This document shows, one piece after another, positions 23,401 to 33,083 of a DNA stretch of 33,083 nt (within the stretch, counting starts at the first letter, position 1; every line of letters starts with the position of its first letter). The stretch comes from Chiloscyllium plagiosum (lineage: Eukaryota). The stretch spans positions 1 through 33,083 of the forward strand of contig NW_025213447.1 in assembly GCF_004010195.1 (NCBI RefSeq). Direction: 5' to 3'. The notes beneath the pieces are model-generated. The model did no database searches. It saw nothing but the letters and a program-made list of their open reading frames with translations, and was not told the DNA's origin. The position numbers and the translations under genes were made by a program.

Positions 23401-24032
23401 CTCTAGCTCAATAATTGAGGTTTACTTCCTTTAATCATTTTGACACAGCGATTAGATTAAACTCGAGGTTCTGTGGATTTAGGAGAATATTAAACCTGAT
23501 GAATGTAACCTTCACTCACAGGAAAGAGTTTCCCTTCTTCAGTACTGGTTAACATTTCCAATATCTCCCGAGCTCCCAAGGCCAGCAGATCTGCTCCAGG
23601 TTATCACCCATCCCCTCCCTAGAGTGGAGAATTCATGAAGATCAATTCTTCACTAACAATTCAGACTGAGCTCACAAACGAGAGCGAGCCTGGGGGCTGT
23701 GATCCCATCAGGCAGTGCAGCAGGCTCCAGGAGGCAAATGCTGACCCCCATCCTAGTCTCAAGTCTGATGTTCACTTTAGGAAACCCACTATCAATAGGA
23801 AAGCTGCGATAATCAAACAGGCCGTTAACAGCAAGGTCTGCAGCACAGACGGCCTTCCCAGACAGGCTACACTTTCCTGACATCGAGACTCCATGCAGAC
23901 AGACCATATTTACAAGGAATAGACAAAACCCGAGAGAGGGGGAGAAGATGGGAGGGAAGCAGAGGAGATGGAGGTGAAGAGAAAGAAGGGGAGGTGGGTA
24001 AAGCAGAGGAAGACAGGGAAGGAAATCACCGT

Positions 24033-24341
24033 GGTCAGCACGGTGGCACAGTGGTTAGCACTGCCGCCTCACAGCACCAGAGACCTGGGTTCAATTCCTG
24101 CTTCAGGCGACTGACTGTGCGGAGTTTGCACATTCTCCCCATGTCTGCGTGGGTTTCCTCCGGGTGCTCCGGTTTCCTCCCACAGTCAGGTCAGGTCAGG
24201 TGAATTGGCCGTGCTAAATTGCCTCTAGTGTTTGGTGAAGGGGTAAACGTAGGGGAATGGGTCTGGGTGGGTTGCGTTTCGGCGGGTCGGTGTGGAGTTG
24301 TTGGGCCAAAGGGCCTGTTTCTACACTGTAATGTAATCTAA
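24033..24341 (+). mobile_element. HE1/V-SINE-like SINE
   Basis: Same A/B boxes, core and TAATCTAA tail as 1308-1622. Confidence 0.9.
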
Positions 24342-24535
24342 TTGAGGTTACGAAGGAGAGAGAGGGCAAGGATGAGTGAGAGACAAGGACAGAGAGGGAA
24401 TGTAAGGTGCATTCTGAAGGCATACGAGATGAAGAAGCTGAAGCCTAAGGACGATGACAAATTTGAGGACTGAAGACAATGAGCATCAAGAGTAAAGAAT
24501 CATGTGCTCGTGGGAAGAGTGAACAGAGAAAGTTT

Positions 24536-24622
24536 AGCCCTCCACTATCACCTGATGAAGGAGCGTCGCTCCGAAAGCTAGTGTGCTTCCAATTAAACCT
24601 GGTGTTGTGTGATTTTTAACTA
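24536..24622 (+). mobile_element. Short PLE-type arm (right arm of composite 19849-24622)
   Basis: Inverted copy of 19885-19985; followed by TGGGACACATG, which also precedes the left arm. Confidence 0.75.
24552..24580 (+). ncRNA. Minimal hammerhead ribozyme motif
   Basis: CTGATGAAGGAGCGTCGCTCCGAAAGCTA, identical to the minus-strand motif at 19941-19969. Confidence 0.65.
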
Positions 24623-25009
24623 TGGGACACATGCTCAGCTAATTTAAAATGAAGAAAAGTTTTGCTTGAATTCTTTACAAACAACAGACTTGTAAGCACG
24701 TGGAAATAATGTGATAATTAAGGTGTTGGGGACGGTTAAAGGAGACAACAGGCTTGATATAGAGAAACACTTTCTTCCGATGGTCAAGACCAGAATACAG
24801 GGGGCAAACTTAAAGATGAGAGTGAGGTTATTTGGGGATGAAGATCAGGAATGGAATCTTCTTTCAAAGACAAATGAAAATCTGCATGTCACCCACAGGA
24901 AGCTGCTGAAATTTCAAACCTGAGGTTTGATTCATTTGATGGAAGGTGGAAAGTACCTGAAAAGTGTAATCCAATTCTTCACGAAGATGAGCCTGAGTTG
25001 TTCCTCTGT

Positions 25010-25990
25010 ACAGTCAGAGAGGCATACAGCATGGAAACACACCCTTCAGCCCCACTCGTCCATGCTGAGCAGGTTTCCTAAACTGAACTGGTCCCTCCAA
25101 ACCCTTCCTATTCATATACCCATCCAGATGCCTTTTAAATGTTGCAATTGTACCAGCCTCCAGCACTTCCTGTGGCAGCTCATTCCATACCCATACCACC
25201 CTCTGCGTGAAAAGGTTACTCCTTAGGCCCCTTTAAATCTTTCCCCTTTCACCCTAAACCCATGCCCTCTAGTTCTGGACTCCCCCACCCACCCCCCACT
25301 CTGGATAATAGTCCTTGGCTATCCTATCCATGCCCCTCATGATTTTATAAACCTCACAGATATTGGTCATCCCTCAGCCTCTGACACTCCAGGAAATACG
25401 TTCCAGCCTATTCAATGTCTCCTCATATCACAAACACTACAGTCTCGGTAACATCCTTGCAAATCCTTGTTTCACCCATTCCATTTTAATAACATCGTTC
25501 CTACAGCAGGGTGACCAGAAATGTACATAGAACTCCAAATACAGCTTTAAATAACAACTCCTGTACTCAATGATGTGACCGACGAGGGCAAGTGTACTGA
25601 ACACCCTCTTCGCCACCCTGTCTACCTGTGACACCACTTTCAAGAAAGTATGTATCTAGGTGTCTTTGTTCATCAACACTCCCAGGGCCCTCTTATTAAC
25701 GGTGCAAGTCCTGCCCTGGTTTGTCTTACCAAAATGCAGCATCTTGCGTTTATCTGAATTAAACTCCATCTACCATTTCTCCGCCCACTGATCCCACGGT
25801 ACTCTGAGATAATCTTCTTTGCTGTCCACTATACCACTTTACCTCCTGGATTCACATCCAAATCAGTTATGTAAATAAGCAAAAGCAGTGGACCTAGCAC
25901 CGATCCTTCTGGCACACCGCTGGTCACAGGCCTGCAGTCTGAAAAACAATCCTCCACCCACCGCCCTCTATCTCCTACCGTCAAGCCAAT
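25010..25990 (-). mobile_element. Decayed 5'-truncated CR1 LINE
   Basis: Minus strand: [56 protein letters not shown], then the 3'UTR. Confidence 0.88.
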
Positions 25991-26097
25991 TGGCTAGCTG
26001 ATTTTCTGTTTTCATTTCAGATCTCCAGCGTCCGCAGCGCTGCTCCTATAGATAGATATGAGGAATAAAAGGACAACTAGAGTAGGAATAGAGCCAG

Positions 26098-26306
26098 GAG
26101 AAAGTGAGGTCTGCAGATGCTGGAGATCAGAGCTGAAAATGTGTTGCCGAGAAAGCGCACCAGGTCAGGCAGCATCCAAGGAGCAGGAGAATCGACGTTT
26201 CGGGCATGAGCCTTTCCTGAAGAAGGGCTCATGCCCGAAACATCAATTCTCCTGCTCCTTGGATGCTGCCTGACCTGCTGCGCTTTTCCAGCAACACATT
26301 TTCAGC
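26098..26306. mobile_element. Palindromic PLE fold-back insertion, 15-bp TSD
   Basis: TAGGAATAGAGCCAG at 26083-26097 and 26307-26321; arms ~26130-26215 and ~26222-26307 are inverted; CTGAAGA-A-GGGC-TCAT-GCCC-GAAA at 26217-26240. Confidence 0.85.
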
Positions 26307-26675
26307 TAGGAATAGAGCCAGTCAAAGACAGAAATGAGAAGTTGTGTGAGGACCCTGTGGAGATCGGAGAAGTGCTAAACAAATATTTCTCATCAGTTTT
26401 CACTCAGGGAAAGGAGAGTATTGTGGAGGAGAAGAGTGAGATACAAGATATTTGACTAGAAAGGATTGAGGTTAGTAAGGAGGAGGTGTTATCAAGACAA
26501 GTCCCCTGGGCCAAATGGGATTTATCCGAGGATTCTCTGGGAAGCTAGGGAGAAGGTGTTGGAACCTTTGGCTTTGATCTTTGAGTCGTCATTGTCTACA
26601 GGTTTAGTACCAGAGGACTGCAAATGTTGTGCCCTTGTTCAAGAAGGGCAGTAGAGCTGACCCAGGTAATTATGA

Positions 26676-26996
26676 GATTAGATGATGATTAGATTAGATT
26701 CCGTACAGGGCAGAAACAGACCCTTCAGCCCAACCAGTCCACACCGACCCTCCAAAGAGCAACCCACCCAGACCCATTAACCTCTGACGAATGCACCTAA
26801 CACTACGGGCAATTTCCCACGGCCAATTCACCCAACCTGCACATCTTTGGATTATGGAAGGAAACTGGAGCACCCAGAGGAAACCCACGCAGACACGGGG
26901 AGAATGTGCAAACTCCACACAGACAGGCGGGAATCAAACCCAGGACCCTGATGCTGTGAGGCAGCAGTGCTAACCACTGAGCCACCGTGCCACCCA
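26676..26996 (-). mobile_element. HE1/V-SINE-like SINE (diverged subfamily)
   Basis: Reverse SINE head and core, (TAATC)n tail; splits the CR1 'NYRP' motif. Confidence 0.85.
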
Positions 26997-27135
26997 TATA
27001 GACCAGTAAGCCTTACTTCTGTTGTAGGAAAAGTTTTGGAAAGGATTGTGAGAAATAGGATTTATAATCATCTGGCAAGCAACATTTCGATTGCAGATAG
27101 TCAACATGGTTTCGTCGAGGGCAGGTTGTGTCTCA

Positions 27136-28858
27136 ATGGGGGAGATACTAAATGAGTATTTTGCATCAGCATTTACTGTGGAAAAGCATATGGAAGAAAC
27201 AGACTGTAGGGAAATAAATGGTGACATCTTGCAAAATGTCCAGATTACAGAAGAGGAAGTGCAGGAAGTCTTGAAAAGGTTAAAGGTGGATAAACCCCCA
27301 GGACCTGATCAGGTGTACCTGAGAACTCTGCGGGAAGCTAGAGAAGTGATTGCTGGGCCTCTTGCTGAGATATTTGTATCATCGATAGTCACAGGCGAGG
27401 TGCCGGAAGACAGGAGGTTGGCAAACGTGATGCCAATCTTTAAGAAGTGTGGTAAGGACAAGCCTGGGAACTATAGACCAGTCAGCCTGACCTCGGTGGT
27501 GGGCAAGTTGTTGGAGGGAATCCTGAGGGACAGGATGTACATGTATTTGGAAAGGCCAGGACTGATTCGGGAACGTCAGCATGGCTTTGTGCGTGGGACA
27601 TCATGTCTCATAAACTTGATTGAGTTTTTTGAAGAAGTAACAAAGAGGATTGATGAGGAAAGAGTAGTAGATGAGATCTATATGGACTTCAGTAAGGCTT
27701 TCGACAAGGTTCCCCATGGGAGACTGATTAGCAGGGTTAGATATCATGGAATACAGGGAGAACTAGCCATTTGGATACAGAACTGGCTCAAAGGTAGAAG
27801 ACAGAGGGTGGTGGTGGAGGGTTGTTTTTCAGACTGGAGGCCTGTGATCAGTGGAGTGCCACAAGGATCAGTGCTGGGTCCTCTACTTTTTATCATTTAC
27901 ATAAATGATGCGAGTATATGAGGAACAGTTAGTAAGTTTGCAGATAATACTAAAAATTGGAGGTGTAGTGGACAGTGAAGAGGGTTACTTCAGATTACAA
28001 CAGGATCTGGACCAGATGGGCCAATGGGCTGAGAGGTGGCAGATGGAGGTTAAATCAGATAAATGCGAGGTGCTGCATTTTGGGAAAGCAAATCTTAGCA
28101 GGACTTATACACTTAATGGTAAGGTCCTAGGGAGTGTTGCTGAATAGAGACTTTTGAGTGCAGGTTCATAGCTCCTTGAAAGTGGAGTCGCAGGTAGATA
28201 GGATAGTGAAGAAGGCGTTTGGTATGCTTTCCTTTATTGGTCGGTGTATTGAGAACAGGAGGTGGGAGGTCATGTTGCAGCTGTACAGGACATTGGTTAG
28301 GCCACAGTTGGAATACTGCGTGCAATTCTGGTCTCCTTCCTAACGGAAAGATGTTGTGAAACTTGAAAGGGTTCAGAAAAGATTTACAAGCATGTTGCCA
28401 GGGTTGGAGGATTTGAGCTACAGGGAGAGGCTGAACAGGCTTGGGCTGTTTTCCCTGGAGCGTTAGAGGCTGGGAGGTGACCTTATAGAGGTTTACAAAA
28501 TTATGAGGGACATGGATAGGGTAAATAGACAAAGTCTTTTCCCTGGGGTCGGGGAGTCCAGAACTAGAGGGCGTAGGTTTAGGGTGAGAGGGGAAAGATA
28601 TAAAATAGACCTAAGAGGCAACTTTTTCACGCAGAGCACGGTACGTGTATGGAATGAGCTGCCAGAGGATGTGGTGGAGGCTGGTACAATTGCAACATTT
28701 AAGAGGCATTTGGATGTGTATATGAATAGGAAGGGTTTGGAGGGATATGGGCCGGGTACTGGCAGGTGGGACTAGATTGGGTTGGGATATCTGGTCGGCT
28801 GGACGGGTTTGACCGAAGGGTTTGTTTCTGTGTTGTACGTCTCTACAACTCTATGACT
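27136..28858 (+). mobile_element. Younger 5'-truncated CR1 LINE (RT domain + 3'UTR) nested in the host CR1
   Basis: ORF 27091-27921: [50 protein letters not shown] (FADD mutated); tail CTCTACAACTCTATGACT. Confidence 0.92.
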
Positions 28859-29830
28859 AGTGGTGTGCCACAAGGATCTGTTTTGGGACCACTGCTGTTT
28901 GTCATTTTTATAAATGACTTAGACGCAGATGTAGGTGGATGGGTTAGTAAATGTGCAAATGACACTAAAGTCGGTGGAGTAGTGGACAGTGTGGAAGAAT
29001 GTTACAGGTTGCAGGGGGACTTGAATAAACTGCGGAATTGGGCTGCGAGGTGGCAAATGGAGTTCAGTGCAGATAAATGTGAGGTGATGCACTTTGGGAA
29101 GAATAACAGGAAGGCAGAATACTGGGTCAATGGAAAGGTTCTTGGTAGTGTGGATGTGCAGAGGGATCTTGGAGTCCATGTACATAGATCCCTGAAAGTT
29201 GCCACCCAGGTGGATAGTGCTGTTAAGAAGGCATACGGTGTTTTAGATTTCATTGGTAGTGGGATTAGTTCTGGAGCTGTAATGTCATGCTGCAACTATA
29301 CAAAATGCTAGTGCGGCCGCACTTGGGAATATTGTGTACAGTTCTGGTCGCCCCATTACAGGAAGGATGTGGAAGCATTGGAAAAGGCGCAGAGGAAATT
29401 TACCAGAATGTTGCCTGGTCTGGAGGGATTGACTTATGAAGAAAGCCTGAGAGACTTGGGTCTGTCCTCATTGGAGAGAAGAAGGCTAAGAGGGGATTTG
29501 ATAGAGACATACAAGATGATCAGAGGATTAGATAGGGTAGACAGTGAAAGTCTTTTTCCTAGGATGATGACGTCAGCTTGTACAAGGGAACATAGTTACA
29601 AATTGAGGGGGTGATAGATTTAAGACAGATGTCAGAGGCAGGTTCTTTACTCAGAGAGTGGTAAGGGCGTAGAATGCCCTGCCTGCCAGTGCTGTTAACT
29701 CAGCAGCATTAGGGAGATTTAAACAATCCTTAGATAAGCACATGGATGATGATGGGATAGTGTCCGGGTATGGGCTTAGATTCATTCGCATTGAGGGCTG
29801 AAGGGCCTGTTCTGCGTTGTATTGTTCTAT
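28859..29830 (+). mobile_element. CR1 3' part (probable continuation of the host copy)
   Basis: [52 protein letters not shown]; 3'UTR with GAAGGGCCTGT and a TTCTATG-type tail. Confidence 0.9.
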
Positions 29831-30019
29831 AATCTATGTTCCATGTTTCTATTTATGTGTCAGGCAACATTACTGAAGGGTTACACGTGCGACGATTTTG
29901 TGGGATTTAATGTCAGGAAATGAGGGCAGCACAAATGGATCAACTGGCAGGATATTTGTTTAAAAGCAGTTCTTATGTGCTAAAGTTTAGATTGGCAATT
30001 AACTATGTGCAATGTAAGA

Positions 30020-30268
30020 AGTATACAGTCCTGCAGATGCTGGAGATCTGATATAAAAACAGAAAGAGATGCAGGAACTCAGCAGGTCTGGACATCTCCA
30101 TGGAGAGAGAGAGGAGCAGAGTCTGATGTGGCTCATCTTCAGAACTTCCCTTGTTTACTGCCTGAGAGGAAGAGGAAGAGTTCTGAAGAACAGTCATATT
30201 GGACTCAAACAGTAACTCTGCTTTCTCTCTCCACAGATACTGACAGACCTGCTGAGTTTCTCTAGCAC
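30020..30268. mobile_element. Old fold-back PLE-type element
   Basis: Inverted arms (AACTCAGCAGGTCTG ... CAGACCTGCTGAGTT; TCTTCAGAACT ... AGTTCTGAAGA); degenerate CTGAAGA...GACTCAAAC. Confidence 0.6.
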
Positions 30269-30846
30269 ATCATCAGGTGGAAAAGCCCTAACTTCAACAG
30301 GAGCAGAATGAAGGAGATGTTGGAGAGTGGGAATGAGTGGGATGAGAAAGAGGAAGGTGAATGGACTACAGTTTAGTCCCAATCATTGTTAATTGTTGCT
30401 ATACCTGGACAGGGGACAATAATGAAGGGTTTAAGTCAACTGAGAATGAACACTGCCAGTTAGATGATCAAGACATCACACAAGGGTCACTCAGTTCTGC
30501 TGCAGGCTGTCAGGGAGCAAGGAGCTAAATACCAGGTTAACATGGACAAGTGAAATTCAGTGTGGTGACATCTTGTGGAACAATGCAACATCCAAGTTCC
30601 TCATTGCCATTACAACATTTCCACAAGATGGAACGATTACAACATTTCTATCTGCCTGCGGTCAGCTTACTAAACCTGTTCTCAAACTGAGGAGGCCTCA
30701 CAGCCGAACCCGTCTCTGACATTGCGGAGATATAAACATTCCCAGAGCCAGTCACTGGGCAGGGACAAGGAGCTGGAAATGCTGCCTGTCTCCCATAATC
30801 CTCAGCTCCAGTGAACAGCTTTACGTTGTCTAACGCTGTCAACAAT

Positions 30847-31102
30847 TTACACACCTCCATCATATACCATTACACACCTCCGTCATATAGCATGACACAC
30901 CTCCGTCATATAACGATACACACCTCCGTCATATAACATTACACACCTACATCATATAACATTACACACCTCCGTCATATAATGTTACACACCTCCGTCA
31001 TATAACGTTACACACGTCCATCATATAAAGTTACACACCTCCATCATATAAGGTTACACACGTCCATCATATAAAGTTACACACCTCCGTCATATAACAT
31101 CA
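30847..31102 (+). repeat. 23-bp minisatellite, same family and orientation as 20603-22705 (~11 copies)
   Basis: CATATAAC(G/A)TTACACACCTCCGT units. Confidence 0.95.
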
Positions 31103-31104
31103 TG

Positions 31105-33083
31105 TGATGTTATATGACGGAGGTGTGTAACGTTATATTACGGAGGTGTGTAATGTTATATGACGGAGGTGTGTAACGTTATATGACGGAGGTGTGTAAT
31201 GTTATATTACGGAGGTGTGTAATGTTATATGACGGAGGTGTGTAATGTTATATTACGGAGGTGTGTAACGTTATATTACGGAGGTGTGTAACGTTATATT
31301 ACGGAGGTGTGTAATGTTATATTACAGAGGTGTGTAATGTTATATGACAGAGGTGTGTAATGTTATATGACAGAGGTGTGTAATGTTATATGACGGAGGT
31401 GTGTAACGTTATATTACGGAGGTGTGTAACGTTATATTACGGAGGTGTGTAATGTTATATTACGGAGGTGTGTAATGTTATATGACGGGGGGGTGTAATG
31501 TTATATGATGGAGGTGTGTAATGTTATATGACGGAGGTGTGTAACGTTATATGACGGAGGTGTGTAACGTTATTTGACGGAGGTGTGTAAGGTTATATTA
31601 CGGAAGTGTGTAATGTTATATGACGGAGGTGTGTAATGTTATATGACGGAGGTGTGTAACGCTATTTGACGGAGGTGTGTAATGTTATATGATGGAGGTG
31701 TGTAACGTTATTTGACGAAGGTGTGTAACGTTATATGACGGAGGTGTGTAATGTTATATGACGGAGACGTGTAATGTTATATGACGGAGGTGTGTAACGT
31801 TATTTGACGGAGGTGTGTAACGGTATATTACGGAGGTGTGTAATGTTATATGACGGAGGTGTGTAACGTTATATGATGGAGGCGTGTAACGTTATTTGAC
31901 GGAGGTGTGTAACGTTATTTGACGGAGGTGTGTACCGTTATTTGACAGAGGTGTGTAATGTTATATGATGGAGGTGTGTAACGTTATTTGACGGAGGTGT
32001 GTAATGTTATATGACGGAGGTGTGTTATGTTATACGACGGAGGTGTGTAACGTTGTATGATGGAGGTGTGTAACGTTATTTGATGGAGGTGTGTTATGTT
32101 ATATGACGGAGGTGTGTAACGTTATTTGACGGAGGTGTGTAACGTTATATGACGGAGGTGTGTAATGTTATATGATGGAGGTGTGTAACGTTATATGACG
32201 GAGGTGTGTAATGTTATATGACGGAGGTGTGTAATGTTATATGACGGTGGTGTGTAACGTTATATTACGCAGGTGTGTAATGTTATATGACGGAGGTGTG
32301 TAATGTTATATGACGGTGGTGTGTAATGTTATATGACGGAGGTGTGTAATGTTATTTGACGGAGGCGTGTAATGGTATATGTCGGAGGTGTGTAACGTTA
32401 TATGATGGAGGTGTGTAACGTTATTTGACGGAGGTGTGTAACGTTATTTGACGGAGATATGTAATGTTATATGACGGAGGTGTGTAATGTTATATGATGG
32501 AGGTGTGTAATGTTATATGACGGAGGTATGTAATGTTATATGACGGTGGTGTGTAACGTTATATGACGGAGGTGTGTAACGTTTTTTGACGGAGGTGTGT
32601 AATGGTATATGACGGAGGTGTGTAATGTTATATGATGGAGGTGTGTAACGTTATGTGACGGAGGTGTGTAATGTTATATGACGGAGGTGTGTAACTTTAC
32701 ATGACGGAGGTGTGTAATGTTATATGATGGAGGTGTGTAATGTTGTATGACGGAGGTGTGTAACATTGTATGATGGAGGTGTGTAATGTTATATGACGGT
32801 GGTGTGTAATGTTATATGACAGAGGTGTGTAATGGTATATGACGGAGGTGTGTAATGTTATATGATGGAGGTGTGTAACGTTATGTGACGGAGGTGTGTA
32901 ATGTTATATGACGGAGGTGTGTAACTTTACATGTCGGAGGTGTGTAATGTTATATGATGGAGGTGTGTAATGTTGTATGACGGAGGTGTGTAACATTGTA
33001 TGATGGAGGTGTGTAATGTTATATGACGGAGGTGTGTAATGTTATATGACGGAGGTGTGTAACGCTATATGATGGAGGTGTGT
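31105..33083 (-). repeat. 23-bp minisatellite in inverted orientation (>85 copies, runs off the window)
   Basis: ACGGAGGTGTGTAA(C/T)GTTATATG units. Confidence 0.97.

Larger units (their letters stand above)
26046..27135 (+). mobile_element. CR1 ORF2 fragment (host copy, 5' part) carrying a PLE fold-back and a SINE
   Basis: [61 protein letters not shown]. Confidence 0.85.

Noticed and set aside
27091..27921. 276-aa ORF as a functional reverse transcriptase, retron or domesticated gene
   Set aside because: 5'-truncated CR1 ORF2, frameshifted before the catalytic motif (FADD reads FADN), with downstream stops.

Overview
Eukaryotic, repeat-dominated genomic DNA, most likely from a shark or other cartilaginous fish (inferred from HE1/V-SINE-like and Deu-domain SINEs, abundant CR1 LINEs and Penelope-like elements). 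It has three N gaps (6886-7233, 11499-12022, 20140-20602). No intact host protein-coding gene, rRNA, true tRNA or CRISPR array is supported. Contents: many decayed and nested CR1 fragments; one near-full-length, decayed L1-clade LINE (~9610-17100) with ORF1 and an APE-RT-Zn knuckle ORF2; four HE1-like SINEs; a probable Gypsy solo LTR; 16-, 23- and 49-bp tandem arrays; and many Penelope-like (PLE) ends carrying minimal hammerhead-ribozyme motifs. The most interesting signal is that PLE ends occur as inverted pairs flanked by 7-15 bp target-site duplications (TSDs). In two cases the pair plus TSD brackets about 1.3 kb and 4.4 kb (gap included) of unrelated 'cargo' DNA, although both cases span an assembly gap. 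Also notable: a 58-bp LTR-end copy inside the 23-bp satellite, and a perfect palindromic strand switch in the second 23-bp array. Family names come from motif recognition only; no database was searched.
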